Shown: positions 36,658 to 47,667, counted from the stretch's first letter. The stretch is 64,000 nucleotides of DNA from Solirubrobacterales bacterium (GCA_035557635.1 DATMDR010000061.1:44730-108729); one strand, 5' to 3'. The notes: generated by a model not told the origin, from the letters alone. Numbers and translations are program-made.

Positions 36658-38826
36658 TCACCCGGCGGTGGCGGCGAGCTGCTCGGCGGCGCGGGCGGCG
36701 TGGCGTTCGCGGAGCTCCCGCTGGACGTCGTGCCGCTCCCCTTCCACCGCGTGCAGCCGGGTCCAAGCCCCGTTCGCGTCGAGCTCCCAGGCGTTGGCGT
36801 TCTCGGCAAAGCAGCGCTCGAGCACGTCGAGCAGTTCGACCCTGGGCGCCTCGTCCTCGACCGGCGTCACCAGCTCGACCCGGCTGTCGAGGTTGCGCGG
36901 CATCAGGTCGGCGGAGCCGATCAGGACCCGGGTGTCCGCACCGCGCTGGAAGGAGTAGACGCGGGAGTGCTCGAGGAAGCGGCCGACGATCGAGACGACG
37001 CGGATGTTCTCCGAGACGCCCTCGACGCCGGGCCGCAGGCAGCAGATCCCGCGCACGTTGAGGTCCACGCGCACGCCCGCCTGCGAGGCCTCGTAGAGCG
37101 CCCTGATGCAGCCCTCGTCGACGAGGGAGTTCATCTTCATCGCGATCCGCGCCTCCTCGCCCGCCCGCTGCGCCTCCACCGTCTCCTCGATCTCGGCGAG
37201 GATGCGGTCGCGCATCGTCGTCGGCGAGACCAGCACCTTGCGGTACTCGGCCGGGCGCCCGTAGCCGGTGAGGAAGTTGAACATCTCGGCGACGTCGGCG
37301 CCGATCTCGGAATCGGCGGTGAAGAGGCCGAAGTCGGTGTAGAGGCGCGCGGTCTTCGGGTGGTAGTTGCCGGTGCCGATGTGGACGTACTCGCGCACCC
37401 GCTCGCCCTCGCGGCGGACGACGAGGATCGCCTTGACGTGGGTCTTCAGGCCGGGAATGCCGTAGACGACGTGCACGCCGGCCTCCTCCAGCGACTTCGC
37501 CCAGTGGATGTTCCCCTCCTCGTCGAAGCGGGCCTTCAGCTCGACCATGCAGACCGCCTGCTTGCCGCGTTCGGAGGCGCGGATCAGGCCCGGCACCAGC
37601 GGCGAGTCGTCGCTGGTCCGGTAGACCGTGTGCTTGATCGCCAGCACTTCGGGGTCGGCCACGGCCTGCTCGACGAAGCGCTCGACCGAGGTCGCGAAGG
37701 AGTCGTAGGGGTGGTGGACGAGGATGTCGCCCTGGCGGATCGCCGCGAAGATGTCGACCGGCTCGTCGTCCTCGCCCTGGAGGCGGGGCTGGGTGACCGG
37801 CGTCCAGGACGGGTAGCGCAGCTCGGCGTGCCCGGGAAGGTCGGCCATGGCGGTGAGGTCGGCGAGGTCGATCAGGCCGTCGACGTCGTAGACCTCGCGG
37901 TCCTCCAGCCGCAGCGCCTCGATCAGCTGGATGCGCAGCTTCGGGTTCATCCCCGCCGCCACCTCCAGCCGCACCACCTCGCCGAAGCGGCGGCGGCGGA
38001 TCTCGTCCTGCACCGCCCGGACCAAATCGTCGGCCTCGTCGGAGACGGTGAAGTCGGTGTCGCGGGTCACCCTGAAGTAGCCGTGATCGACGACCTCGGT
38101 GCCGGGGAAGAGCGCGTCGAGGTTGGCGGCGATCGCCTCCTCCAGAGGGACGAAGGCCTTGCCCCCCTCGCCCACCGGGAGGAAGCGGCCGAGCAGCTCC
38201 TTCGGCACCTTGACGCGGGCAATGATCTCGTTGCCGCTCTCCGGATCGCGCAGCAGCACGCCGAGGCTGAGCGAGAGGTTGGAGATGTAGGGGAAGGGGC
38301 GGCCGAGGCCGACCACCAGCGGAGTCAGGGTCGGGAAAACCTGCTCGTGAAAGCGGCTGTCGATCTCGCGGCGCTCCGCCTCGCTGGCGGAGTCGAGCGA
38401 GACGATCCGGATCCCGTGCTCCTCCAGGGCGGGACGCAGCTCGCCCTCGAAGCAGGCGTGGAGACGGCTGTCGAGCTCCAGGACCCGCGCCTGGATCGCG
38501 TCGATCTGCTCTCCGGGCCCGAGCCCGTCGGGCCCGCGCGCGTCGATCCCCGCGTCGAGCTGGTCGAAGAGGCCGGCGACCCGGACCATGAAGAACTCGT
38601 CGAGATTGGAGGCGTAGATCGAGCAGAACCGCACCCGCTCCAGGAGCGGCACCTCGGCGCCCTCGGCGAGTTCCAGCACCCGCTGGTTGAAGTCGAGCCA
38701 GGACAGCTCTCGGTTGAAATAAAGGGCTGGATCGTCGATCCGGCCATCGTACTGTGGCGCCTGCAACGCCCAGACCCGCTCAGGCGGCCCGGGCAGGCGC
38801 TTGCCGGGCCGTGGGAAGAGACGCAT
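36658..38826 (-). CDS. ppk: polyphosphate kinase 1
   Basis: LYFNRELSWLDFNQRVLELA N-terminus, two PLD-like HKD regions, HIGTGNYHPKTARLYTD. Start uncertain (ATG 38826 or TTG 38766; the track ORF runs to 38895). Confidence 0.93.
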   Translation of the reverse strand: MRLFPRPGKRLPGPPERVWALQAPQYDGRIDDPALYFNRELSWLDFNQRVLELAEGAEVPLLERVRFCSIYASNLDEFFMVRVAGLFDQLDAGIDARGPDGLGPGEQIDAIQARVLELDSRLHACFEGELRPALEEHGIRIVSLDSASEAERREIDSRFHEQVFPTLTPLVVGLGRPFPYISNLSLSLGVLLRDPESGNEIIARVKVPKELLGRFLPVGEGGKAFVPLEEAIAANLDALFPGTEVVDHGYFRVTRDTDFTVSDEADDLVRAVQDEIRRRRFGEVVRLEVAAGMNPKLRIQLIEALRLEDREVYDVDGLIDLADLTAMADLPGHAELRYPSWTPVTQPRLQGEDDEPVDIFAAIRQGDILVHHPYDSFATSVERFVEQAVADPEVLAIKHTVYRTSDDSPLVPGLIRASERGKQAVCMVELKARFDEEGNIHWAKSLEEAGVHVVYGIPGLKTHVKAILVVRREGERVREYVHIGTGNYHPKTARLYTDFGLFTADSEIGADVAEMFNFLTGYGRPAEYRKVLVSPTTMRDRILAEIEETVEAQRAGEEARIAMKMNSLVDEGCIRALYEASQAGVRVDLNVRGICCLRPGVEGVSENIRVVSIVGRFLEHSRVYSFQRGADTRVLIGSADLMPRNLDSRVELVTPVEDEAPRVELLDVLERCFAENANAWELDANGAWTRLHAVEGERHDVQRELRERHAARAAEQLAATAG

Positions 38827-41071
38827 CGATGGCGCGCCGGTAGCCGTCCGCCAGCTGCGCCAGCGCCCGCTCCCAGGAGCGACCGGCGGCGGCACGAGCC
38901 GCGCAAGCGCCGAGGTGCCGGCGTAGCAGCGGCGAGGCGGCGAGCTGGAGGACGGCGCCGGCGAGATGATCGGCGTCGGGCCCGCAGAGCAGCCCCGTGT
39001 GACGGTTCTCGATCAGCGAAGCGGGACCGCCTTCGGCGACGGCGACGACCGGCAGCCCGCTGGCGCCGGCCTCGACGACCACCTGCCCGTAGGTGTCGGT
39101 CTGCGAGCAGAAGAGAAAGAGGTCGGCGCTGGCGTAGGCGCGAGCGAGCTCCTCGCCCTCGAGCCAGCCGAGGAAGGTGGCTCGCTCGCCGAGCCGCGAG
39201 CGCAGCTCACCTTCCTCGGGCCCCCCACCCGCCAGCAAAAGGTGCAGGCGCGGATCGGCGCGGTGCGCCCGCTCGAAGCTCTCGGCGAGCAGTCCAACCC
39301 CCTTCTCGCGCGTCAGCCGGCCGGCGTAGAGGACCTTCACCTCGCCCGGGTACTCGCCCGGGGCGGCCTTGCCGGGATCGAAGCGAGAGACGTCGACCCC
39401 CCGCTCCCAGCGGCCGAGCCGGCTCTGGTCGACCCCGAGCCCGATCAGCGAGCGGTCCGCCGCCGGGCTCGGCGAGAGAACCGTGGAAGGGGCCCCGTAG
39501 AAGGCGCCGAGAGCCGCGGTCGCCATCGCCTCGAGGCCGCCGTCGCCGCTGCGCAGTCCGGCGTAGGCGCCCAGCTCGGTGTGGTAGCTGCCGACCAGGG
39601 GCATGCCCGAGATGCGGCTGAGCATCATCGCGGCGATGCCGGAAGGCCCTGGAGCGGTGACGTGGATCAGGTCATAGCGCCCCTCCGCCAGGGTCTCGGC
39701 CAGGTCGGGCAACCCCGGCACCCCGAGGCGCATCCCCTCGTAGAAGGGCACCTCGAGCTCGGCGCTGGCCGGGAGCCGCCGGTCGACGCCGGCGTCGGTG
39801 CCGACCACCTCAATCTCGAAGCCGGGCACCCCGTGCTCGCGAATCTGGGCGATCGTCGTGGTCACCCCGTGCATCGCCTCGATCCCGTCGGCGATCAGTG
39901 CCACCCGCGGCTCGCCACCGCGGGACGAAGCGAGCTTCGACTTCTCGGCACCGAGGAAGACGGTCGGGGGCACGTAAGGGACGGCGGGCACCAGCGCCTC
40001 GAAGAGCGTCCCGAACGCCGTCGCCGCCCCGCCGCCGGCGAGGGCCGACGCCCCCTGCTGGACCGCACTGCGCAAGCGCCGCTCGTGGATGCGGCGAGCC
40101 CGCCTGTAAAGCGCCGCATGGGAGAAGCCCTCCGACTGGAGGTGGTCGAGGAGGCCCCGCCCGCGCAGCTCCAGCCCGATCGACCGCAGCCAGGCCTCGA
40201 GCAGGGCGCGGGCGTCGTCGGGGCCGATGTCGCTCGCGACCTTGCCCTCGCGCGCCGCGCCCTCGCCGATCGTCCGCTGCGCGATCTTCAGCATCACCGA
40301 CGGGTCGACCGCCCCGTCGCTGCCGACTGCATCGTTCAAGGTGAGCGCGCGAGTGGCCAGCGCCATCGCCGCGTGCGTCCACTTGGCGGCGCTGCCCTGC
40401 TCGCCCCCGGCCTCGGCCTCGCCGCGGCGCAGGTGCGAGAGAAACTCTTCCGGCGTGGCGGCGGCCGGCGCCTCGGTGAAGGTGCGGCCGATGTCCACGC
40501 CGGCGTGATCGTCGGAGCCGCCGATGCCGGTGCCGCCATGGGTGTCGATGTAGATGACGGCGGGCATGTTCAGCTCCGCGGCCCGCGACCCGTTGCGGAC
40601 CTCCCAGACCGGAAACAGCTCCGCCAGGCGACGCCGGTGGCGGCGGGTCAGGGGGGCGTCCACGTTGTAGAAGGGATGGGCGAGAGCGCAGGCGATCTCG
40701 CTCTCGCGAAGGTAGGCGGCACAGGCCTCCACATCGCCGGAATTGGCCTGCAGCCACTCGTGGTCCCCGGGAGTGATCCCGTAACAGAGGACGTGCACCG
40801 CCTGCGGCTCACCGGCGAAGCGAGCGGTCAGCTCCTCGGAGACGAAGCAATCGGGACGACCGGCCAGCTCCAGGCAGCCGTCGATCGTGTCGTGGTCGGT
40901 GATCGTGACGAAGTCCATGCCACGACGCTTGGCAAGTTCGTAGACCTCCTCCGGCGGGGTCGCGCACTCGGGCAGCCCGAGCGATCGCTGCACCCCGAGC
41001 CGCGAGAGCTGCGAGGCGGTGGAATGGCAATGCATGTCTACTCGGGAAGTCATCGGCGTCTCCCTGCTCAT
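38780..41071 (-). CDS. PHP-domain phosphoesterase fused to a GT4-type glycosyltransferase
   Basis: N-terminus: VDMHCHSTAS, ITDHDT, AHPF, GGSDDH (PHP metal ligands). C-terminus: GT-B/GT4 features (VGSYHTE, GRLTREKG, E..GQVVVEAGASGLPVV). Confidence 0.8.
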   Translation of the reverse strand: MSRETPMTSRVDMHCHSTASQLSRLGVQRSLGLPECATPPEEVYELAKRRGMDFVTITDHDTIDGCLELAGRPDCFVSEELTARFAGEPQAVHVLCYGITPGDHEWLQANSGDVEACAAYLRESEIACALAHPFYNVDAPLTRRHRRRLAELFPVWEVRNGSRAAELNMPAVIYIDTHGGTGIGGSDDHAGVDIGRTFTEAPAAATPEEFLSHLRRGEAEAGGEQGSAAKWTHAAMALATRALTLNDAVGSDGAVDPSVMLKIAQRTIGEGAAREGKVASDIGPDDARALLEAWLRSIGLELRGRGLLDHLQSEGFSHAALYRRARRIHERRLRSAVQQGASALAGGGAATAFGTLFEALVPAVPYVPPTVFLGAEKSKLASSRGGEPRVALIADGIEAMHGVTTTIAQIREHGVPGFEIEVVGTDAGVDRRLPASAELEVPFYEGMRLGVPGLPDLAETLAEGRYDLIHVTAPGPSGIAAMMLSRISGMPLVGSYHTELGAYAGLRSGDGGLEAMATAALGAFYGAPSTVLSPSPAADRSLIGLGVDQSRLGRWERGVDVSRFDPGKAAPGEYPGEVKVLYAGRLTREKGVGLLAESFERAHRADPRLHLLLAGGGPEEGELRSRLGERATFLGWLEGEELARAYASADLFLFCSQTDTYGQVVVEAGASGLPVVAVAEGGPASLIENRHTGLLCGPDADHLAGAVLQLAASPLLRRHLGACAARAAAGRSWERALAQLADGYRRAIDASLPTARQAPARAA

Positions 41072-41163
41072 ATCGCTTCGGTCTCCTCTAGATTCCGCTA
41101 AGAGCAGGGAAAGCTTGTGAAAGGGCAGGGAACGACCAGTGAAGATCTCGTGACCGGGAAGCG

Positions 41164-41583
41164 CTAGAGGGACTGCTCGAGCGCCGCCCAGGTTCCCTGG
41201 CTGGCCTGTGCCTGCACGAGATCGTGAAAGCGGCGGAAGAGCAGCGCACGGCGCGTCCGCAGCAGGGCCTCCAGGGACTCGATCCCGGCTGCCCGAGGCA
41301 GCAGCACGTCGCAGTCGTGCACCTCACCGAGAACGCCCTGCAGCTCCCGGGCCGCGCGGCGGGCGGTGACCGCGTCGCCGCCGAAGCACTCCTCGGTGAT
41401 CTCGAGGACGTAGCGCAGCCGCTTCGCCGCGATTCGCAGGTCGTGCTGGGCGCTCGCCGCCCCAGGGTCGAGCGCCGGCTCGACCAGTGCGCGCAACTCA
41501 TCGAGCCGGGTCTGGACGATCCGCGCCGGGTTCGGCCTCAGAGGCCCTTCGGGCTCCAGGCCCTTCACTCTGCGTGCCTTCAC
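41164..41583 (-). CDS. CHAD domain protein
   Basis: HDLRIAAKRLRYVLE...LQGVLGEVHDCDV conserved-histidine helical pattern. Confidence 0.75.
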   Translation of the reverse strand: MKARRVKGLEPEGPLRPNPARIVQTRLDELRALVEPALDPGAASAQHDLRIAAKRLRYVLEITEECFGGDAVTARRAARELQGVLGEVHDCDVLLPRAAGIESLEALLRTRRALLFRRFHDLVQAQASQGTWAALEQSL

Positions 41584-42050
41584 GATGCCGCCTCGACCAG
41601 CTTCTCGAGTCGGCGGCGCAGCTTCTTCAGCCGCTTGCGCTTCACGAACAGGGCCAGCTCTTCGTTGGCGACCCGCTGCTCCTCTCGCAGCGACTCGGCC
41701 AGGGCCTCGAGCGCACCCCTGTCGGCCTCGGGCAGCTCGCCCCCAAAGCCTTCGAGCAACTCGATCGAGACGTCGCGGTCGCGGCGCTCCCCGAGCGCGT
41801 CGGCCAGCGCCTTGACCCGCTTCAGCGCCTGGCGATGGCGCTTGTGGGGGAAGCAGGACTCGAACACCTCCATCGCGGCGCGCAGGCGGCGCGTCGCCAC
41901 CCGCATGTCGTGGAGCCGCTCGATCTGACCGAGGTCGAGGACGCCGCGCGAGTGCTCGAAGACCTCCGCCGCTCGCACTTCGACGACCCTTGCCGCGGCG
42001 AGCGCGAAGGGCTCACCGCACTCGAGCTCGACCTCGCGGGCGCGTGCCAC
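41580..42050 (-). CDS. CHAD domain protein
   Basis: LHDMRVATRRLRAAMEVF...LADALGERRDRDV. 4-nt overlap with the next CHAD gene. Confidence 0.75.
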   Translation of the reverse strand: MARAREVELECGEPFALAAARVVEVRAAEVFEHSRGVLDLGQIERLHDMRVATRRLRAAMEVFESCFPHKRHRQALKRVKALADALGERRDRDVSIELLEGFGGELPEADRGALEALAESLREEQRVANEELALFVKRKRLKKLRRRLEKLVEAAS

Positions 42051-42073
42051 GCACGCAGGCTAGCCGACCGCGC

Positions 42074-42985
42074 TCAGGCCACTAGCCGCGCCGGCGAGGA
42101 GCCGTTGGCGCTGCCATTGAGCAGGTCGAGGACGACACCCTCGCGCAACCCGCCCTTGCCGATCTGGAGCGGCTGGCCGAGCAGCTCGGAGAGCTTCTCC
42201 AGCAGCAGCACGCCGGTGGCGAGAATCCGCACCCGTTCGGGATCGAGCTCGAAGCGGCGTGCGACGTCCGCCGCGGGGTCGCCGCAGAGCACGCGGATCC
42301 CCCGCTCGAGGGTCTCGTACTCGAGCACGGCGCCGACCAGGCGGCGCAGCGAGGTCGCGCTGCCGCCGACCGCCACCGCCTGCGCCGGCCGCTCGATCTC
42401 GACGCCTTCGAAGATCTCCTCGATGCGGTCGCGGATCTTGCGGATCTCTGCCGCCGAGGGCGGGTCCGATGCGATCAGCTCGTCGGCGAGGACACCGGAG
42501 CCGACCCGCCAGGAACGGACCTTTTCCACGCCGCCGGGCACGGTGCCGAGGATCACCTCGCTGGAGCCGCCCCCCACGTCGACCACCCCGACCTTGCCCT
42601 CGACCGGGTGGCCGAACGTCTTGGTCGCGCCGATGAAGGAGAGCCGCCCCTCCTCCTCGTCGCTGAGGATGTCGACCGGGACCCCGGAAGCGGCCGCGAT
42701 CGCCTCCGCGACCTCCTCCCCGTTGACGGCCTCGCGCACTGCGGCGGTCGCCACCGAGCGGATCGTCTCCGCTCCCAGCTCCCGCGCCAGGCGGACCTGG
42801 GTGGCGACGATCTCGCACACCTCCTCGACCTTCTCCGGCAGGATCGCCCCATCCGGATCGAGCGCCTTGTTGATCCGCGTGTAGGCCCGCTGCTCCATCA
42901 CCTTCTTCAACTGCCCGTCCACCGGCTCCGCAACGAGAAGCCGGGTGGTGTTGGACCCAATATCTATTGCGGCGTAGAGCGTCAC
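42074..42985 (-). CDS. ppx: exopolyphosphatase, Ppx/GppA family
   Basis: AAIDIGSNTTRLLVA and VDVGGGSSE ASKHA-fold phosphate motifs. 303 aa. Confidence 0.9.
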   Translation of the reverse strand: MTLYAAIDIGSNTTRLLVAEPVDGQLKKVMEQRAYTRINKALDPDGAILPEKVEEVCEIVATQVRLARELGAETIRSVATAAVREAVNGEEVAEAIAAASGVPVDILSDEEEGRLSFIGATKTFGHPVEGKVGVVDVGGGSSEVILGTVPGGVEKVRSWRVGSGVLADELIASDPPSAAEIRKIRDRIEEIFEGVEIERPAQAVAVGGSATSLRRLVGAVLEYETLERGIRVLCGDPAADVARRFELDPERVRILATGVLLLEKLSELLGQPLQIGKGGLREGVVLDLLNGSANGSSPARLVA

Positions 42986-43143
42986 GGCGTCTTTTTCATG
43001 TTCCCAGGCGCCCCGGATCTCAACCGTGCGCGCAGTGGCTTCTCGCGGCGGGTGGCGCGGATTTGGGGGACCACCCCGAGGAAGCTTCAGCTACCGCAGG
43101 GGTGGTGGTTCCAAATCCGCGACAGGACCCGCCGCGCCTGGCC

Positions 43144-43839
43144 CTACCCGCTCGGGTGCGAGGCGTCCTCGAACTCCCGAAAGAGCCCGGTGACGACGAA
43201 GGCGACCTGCTCGCCGATGTCGACGGCGTTGTCGCCGATCCGCTCGATCGCCCGTGCCGCCAGCAACATCGTCATCGCCCACTCGCGCTTGTCGGCGTCA
43301 TCGCCGATCTCGAGCGCCAGCCCGAAGCACTCGCGGTTGAGGTTGTCGACGACGTCGTCCTGGCGCACCAGGTCGCGAGCCATCTCGACGTCACGATCTT
43401 CGAAGGCCCGCTTCGCCTGGCTGATCAGGGTGCGGGTCTGCTTGCCCATGGTCAGGATCCGGCTCACCATCTCCGGGTCTGCAGGCGGCTCGTTGCCGCT
43501 CAGCGGCAGCAGCTTGCAGACGTTCACGCACTGGTCGCCCATCCGCTCGACGCACTTCAGGACGTGCAGCAGGGCCGAGATCAGCCGCAGGTCGGTCGCC
43601 ACCGGCGACTGCGTCGCCAGCAAAGCGATCAGCGCCTGGTGAACCTCCAGGTAGCGGCCGTCGATGCGGTCGTCGTCGGCGATCACCAGCTGGGCCAGCT
43701 CGACGTCCTGCTGCTCTACCGCTTCCATCGTCCGTTCCAGCGCAGCGCTGACCAGGTCGAGGCCGCCGAGGGCGCTTGCCTCCAGCCGCTCCAGCTCTTC
43801 CTGGTAGTGGATACGCGTTTCGGCCAAAGGCGGCATCAA
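43144..43839 (-). CDS. phoU: phosphate signalling complex protein PhoU
   Basis: Two PhoU repeats ([22 protein letters not shown]). Directly downstream of pstB. Confidence 0.92.
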   Translation of the reverse strand: MMPPLAETRIHYQEELERLEASALGGLDLVSAALERTMEAVEQQDVELAQLVIADDDRIDGRYLEVHQALIALLATQSPVATDLRLISALLHVLKCVERMGDQCVNVCKLLPLSGNEPPADPEMVSRILTMGKQTRTLISQAKRAFEDRDVEMARDLVRQDDVVDNLNRECFGLALEIGDDADKREWAMTMLLAARAIERIGDNAVDIGEQVAFVVTGLFREFEDASHPSG

Positions 43840-44738
43840 CCAACCTTGCCAGAGACGTAGTCCTCCGTGCGCCGGTCGGAGGGGTTGGTGAAGACCTTCT
43901 CGGTCTCGTCGTACTCGACCAGGCGGCCCCAGCGGTTGTCCTCGTCGGCGTCGAGCTCGACCATGAGGAAGGCGGTGCGATCGGAGACCCGCGCCGCCTG
44001 TTGCATGTTGTGGGTGACGATGACGATCGAGAACTCCTGCTTCAGGTCGATCATCAGGTCCTCGATCTTGCCGGTCGAGATCGGGTCGAGCGCCGAGCAG
44101 GGCTCGTCCATCAGGATCGTGTCGGGCTCGACCGCGATGCAGCGGGCGATGCAGAGGCGCTGCTGCTGGCCGCCGGAGAGGCCGAAGGCGTTGCTGTCGA
44201 GCCGGTCCTTGACCTCGTCCCAGAGCGCCGCGCCGCGCAGGGCTTTCTCGACCGTCGCATCGAGGTCATCCTTGCGGCCGAGGATGCGCGGGCCGAAGGC
44301 GACGTTGTCGTAGATCGACTTGGGGAACGGGTTCGGCTTCTGGAAGACCATCCCGATCAGCTTGCGCACCTGGACTGGGTCTACCGCCGGCCCGTAGAGA
44401 TCCTCGCCGTGGTAGAGCAGCTCGCCCCGCACTTCGGCGCTGGGGATCAGGTCGTTCATCCGGTTGAGGCAGCGCAGCAGCGTGCTCTTGCCGCATCCCG
44501 ACGGCCCGATCATCGCGGTCACGTCATTGCGGTGGATGTCCATCGAGATGCCCTTGACCGCGGCGACACCGCCGTAGAGGACGTCGATGCCCTTCATCTC
44601 GAAGACCTTCTCCCTGGAGCCGCTGCCGGTGCTGTGCTGGAACTCCGGCCGCACCGAGATCGCCGCGCGCTCGGCGGCCGCCTCGCGCGCTTCGCGTCCG
44701 GTGCCGGTCCTGCTCTCGTCCCGCGTCATCTCGCTCAC
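43836..44738 (-). CDS. pstB: phosphate ABC transporter ATP-binding protein
   Basis: Walker [23 protein letters not shown], Walker [13 protein letters not shown]. The true start may be later than 44738. Confidence 0.93.
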   Translation of the reverse strand: MSEMTRDESRTGTGREAREAAAERAAISVRPEFQHSTGSGSREKVFEMKGIDVLYGGVAAVKGISMDIHRNDVTAMIGPSGCGKSTLLRCLNRMNDLIPSAEVRGELLYHGEDLYGPAVDPVQVRKLIGMVFQKPNPFPKSIYDNVAFGPRILGRKDDLDATVEKALRGAALWDEVKDRLDSNAFGLSGGQQQRLCIARCIAVEPDTILMDEPCSALDPISTGKIEDLMIDLKQEFSIVIVTHNMQQAARVSDRTAFLMVELDADEDNRWGRLVEYDETEKVFTNPSDRRTEDYVSGKVG

Positions 44739-44748
44739 CCTAGTCCAC

Positions 44749-45693
44749 CTACCACCTCTGCTCGTAACGATTTCGTAGCCAGATCGCGAAGGAGTTCATC
44801 GCCAGCAGTACGCCCAACATGACGATGATTCCCGCCGCCGCCAGCGCCTGGAACTCCTCCTGCGGGCGCACCGCGTAGTTGAAGATCTGCACCGGCAGCG
44901 CCGAGTAGCCGTCGGGCGAGAACGGCGTCGGGTCGAAGGTGACGAAGACCGTCGCCCCAACCAGCAGCAGCGGCGCCGTCTCTCCCAGGGCCCGCGAGAC
45001 GGCGAGGATGACGCCAGTGGCGATGCCCGGTATCGAGGCGGGCAGAACCTGGGAACGGATCGTCTGCCACTGGGTCGCGCCCAGCGCCAGCGAGCCCTGG
45101 CGTATCGAGTCGGGAACGGCGCGGATCGCCTCGCGGGCAGCGATGATCACCATCGGCAGCACCAGCAGCGCCAGAGTCAGTGAGCCGGCGGCAAGGATGA
45201 AGCCGAGGTCGAGTGGCCCGCGGACGATGAAGGCCAGGCCGAGGATGCCGTAGATGATCGAGGGCACCGCCGCGAGGTTCTGGATGTTGACCTCGATCAG
45301 CCGGTTCCACCACTTCGACTTGTCGGCGTACTCCTCGAGGTAGATCGCCGCACCGATCCCGACCGGGACGACGAAGAGGATCACGCCGGCGATCAGCTCC
45401 AGCGAGCCGATGATCGCCGTCCGGAAGCCTGCTTTCTCTGGAAAGGCAGTCGACGGCGGATTGGTGAAGAGATCGGTGCTGAGCGCCGAAGCACCCTGCG
45501 TAAAGGCCTGGATCAACAGCGCGAGCAGGCCCGCGAGCGCGATCAAGATCGCCAGCAGCAGAAGCCCGGCGAAGACGGCGTTGCGGATCACGTCCCCGCG
45601 GGGCTGGTCGCGCAGCATCGCCTGCGTCGTCGCCCTGGCCCCGGCCATGGCGAGGCGATTGCGCGGCGCGGCAGCTCCAGGGCCGGTCATCAC
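44749..45693 (-). CDS. pstA: phosphate ABC transporter permease PstA
   Basis: EAA-loop region REAIRAVP...GSLALGAT. Operon position. Confidence 0.9.
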   Translation of the reverse strand: MMTGPGAAAPRNRLAMAGARATTQAMLRDQPRGDVIRNAVFAGLLLLAILIALAGLLALLIQAFTQGASALSTDLFTNPPSTAFPEKAGFRTAIIGSLELIAGVILFVVPVGIGAAIYLEEYADKSKWWNRLIEVNIQNLAAVPSIIYGILGLAFIVRGPLDLGFILAAGSLTLALLVLPMVIIAAREAIRAVPDSIRQGSLALGATQWQTIRSQVLPASIPGIATGVILAVSRALGETAPLLLVGATVFVTFDPTPFSPDGYSALPVQIFNYAVRPQEEFQALAAAGIIVMLGVLLAMNSFAIWLRNRYEQRW

Positions 45694-46607
45694 TCGTAGA
45701 CCTCGCGGTACCTGCGGACCAGGCGGATGCTGATCATGTTCATGACCAGCGTGATCGCGAAGAGCACCGTGCCGACCGCGAACACCGATTTGTAGTCGAG
45801 CGATCCGGTCGAGATGTCGCCGGTGGCGGTGACGCCGATGTAGGCAGTCATCGTTTGGATCGACTCAACCGGGTTGAAGGTGAAATTGGGGGTCGAGCCG
45901 GCGGCAAGGAGGACGATCATCGTCTCGCCGACGGCGCGTGAGGTCGCCAGCACGATCGAGGCGACGATGCCGGAGAGCGCCGCCGGGAAGACGACACGGG
46001 TCGCCACCTTCAGCTTCGTCGCGCCCATCGCGTAGGCGCCCTCTCGCAGACCGTTGGGCACCGCCGACATCGCGTCCTCGGAGATCGAGGCGATGATCGG
46101 CACGATCATCAGGCCGACGCCGAGGCCGGCGGCGAGCGCCATGAACGGCTTGCCGGCGGCGCCGCCAAGGAACTCTCCGGGCCAGAGCGGCACGATGATC
46201 TCAGGCGCGATGAAGCTGGCGGCGAAGAAACCGATCGCAACGGTGGGGATGCCGGCGAGGATCTCCAGCACCGGCTTCACCGTCTTGCGCACCCGCGGGC
46301 GCGCATACTCGCTCAGGTAGACCGCGGCGCCGAGCCCGATCGGGATCGCGAACAGCATCCCCCAGAGCGTCACGTTGAAGGTGCCGGCGACGATCGCCAG
46401 CACGCCGAAGCTGGGCGGCTCGAACTGCGGCGTCCAGTCGATCCCGAAGAAGAACTCGCTGGCCGGGACGATCTCGAAGAAGCCGATCGTCGGCCCGACC
46501 AGCGAGATGACGATCGCCGTCGTGGTGAGGACGGAGAGAATCCCGCAGGCGGCGAGAAGGCCCTGGATGGCCTTCTCGCCGTAGCGGGGTTTGGAGGACT
46601 GCAGCAC
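45690..46607 (-). CDS. pstC: phosphate ABC transporter permease PstC
   Basis: EDAMSAVP..LREGAYAMGAT EAA loop. Operon position. Confidence 0.9.
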   Translation of the reverse strand: MLQSSKPRYGEKAIQGLLAACGILSVLTTTAIVISLVGPTIGFFEIVPASEFFFGIDWTPQFEPPSFGVLAIVAGTFNVTLWGMLFAIPIGLGAAVYLSEYARPRVRKTVKPVLEILAGIPTVAIGFFAASFIAPEIIVPLWPGEFLGGAAGKPFMALAAGLGVGLMIVPIIASISEDAMSAVPNGLREGAYAMGATKLKVATRVVFPAALSGIVASIVLATSRAVGETMIVLLAAGSTPNFTFNPVESIQTMTAYIGVTATGDISTGSLDYKSVFAVGTVLFAITLVMNMISIRLVRRYREVYE

Positions 46608-47563
46608 TAACCGAGTTTCGCCGTCGCGTCCTTGGAGGCTTTCAGCTGCTCTTCGGTGAGCGGGATGAAGCCAACCGACTCGGCGATTTCGTTGATGTTG
46701 TCCAGGTAGTAGTCGACGAACGCCTTCACCTGCGGCTCTTTCAGCGCCTCGCCGCTCGGGTAGATGAAGAGCGGCCGGCTCAGCGGCACGTAGGTGTCGT
46801 TCTGCGCGGTCTCCGCCGAGGGGAGGACGCAGCCTTTGCCGCCGTCGACCTCGAGCGCCTTCAGGGCGTCTTCGTTCTCCAGGTAGAAGGAGTAGCCGAA
46901 GTAGCCGATGCCGCCGGGAGCACCCTCGACACCGGTGACCGTGGCGTTGTCGTTCTCGCCGACGTTGTTGTAGTCCTTGCGGGAGGCGCCCTCCTCACCG
47001 TTGATTTCTTCGGTGAAGTAGTCGAACGTGCCGGAATCGGTGCCCGGGCCGAAGAGCGCCAGATCCTCGTCGAATTCCTCTTTCAGGCCGGGGATCTGGC
47101 TCCAGTTGGAGAGATCGGAGTCGGGGCCCCAGATCGCGCTGAGCTGGTCGACGGTGAGGCAGTTGACCGGGTTCTCGGGATTGACGACGACGGTCAGGGC
47201 GTCGGTCGCGACCCGCACCTCCTCATAGGAGATGCCGGCTTTCTCACAGGCTTCCACCTCTTCGGGCTCGATCGCGCGGGAGGCGTCGGAGATCGCCGTC
47301 TCGCCGGCGCAGAACTTTTCGAAGCCGCCGCCGGTGCCGGAGGTCCCAACCGTCACCCGGACGTCGGAGTTTTCGGCTTCGAACTGCTCGGCGACCGCCT
47401 CGGTCAGCGGCGCCACCGTGCTCGAGCCGTCGATGCGGATCGATCCGGAGAGGTCGCCCCCACCTCCGCTGCCGCTGCTTTCGTCGTCGTCGCCGCACGC
47501 CGCGACCCCGAAGGCCAGGACGACCGCGGAGGCGATGACCATGAGCCACTTAGGGATAGTCAA
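46607..47563 (-). CDS. pstS: phosphate-binding lipoprotein PstS
   Basis: Lipobox [14 protein letters not shown] and GTSGTGGGF phosphate-binding motifs. Confidence 0.92.
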   Translation of the reverse strand: MTIPKWLMVIASAVVLAFGVAACGDDDESSGSGGGGDLSGSIRIDGSSTVAPLTEAVAEQFEAENSDVRVTVGTSGTGGGFEKFCAGETAISDASRAIEPEEVEACEKAGISYEEVRVATDALTVVVNPENPVNCLTVDQLSAIWGPDSDLSNWSQIPGLKEEFDEDLALFGPGTDSGTFDYFTEEINGEEGASRKDYNNVGENDNATVTGVEGAPGGIGYFGYSFYLENEDALKALEVDGGKGCVLPSAETAQNDTYVPLSRPLFIYPSGEALKEPQVKAFVDYYLDNINEIAESVGFIPLTEEQLKASKDATAKLG

Positions 47564-47667
47564 CTCTGTCTCCTATCTGGTTTTGCTCCGATTGCGGCCC
47601 ACGGGGGCCGATGCCTAAGCCACCCTCTCAGCGGCCCCCCGGCAGCTTGTTACGTGCCTGTATCGGG

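Noticed and set aside
36700-39621. 973-aa plus-strand ORF, and similar long antisense ORFs (22331-24115, 38966-41101, 41487-42884, 50815-51885, 61844-63766)
   Set aside because: All lie opposite strongly supported genes (ppk1, relaxase, PHP::GT4, ppx, purU, permease). They have no motifs and show the R/G/A/P/D-rich composition of GC-rich antisense frames.
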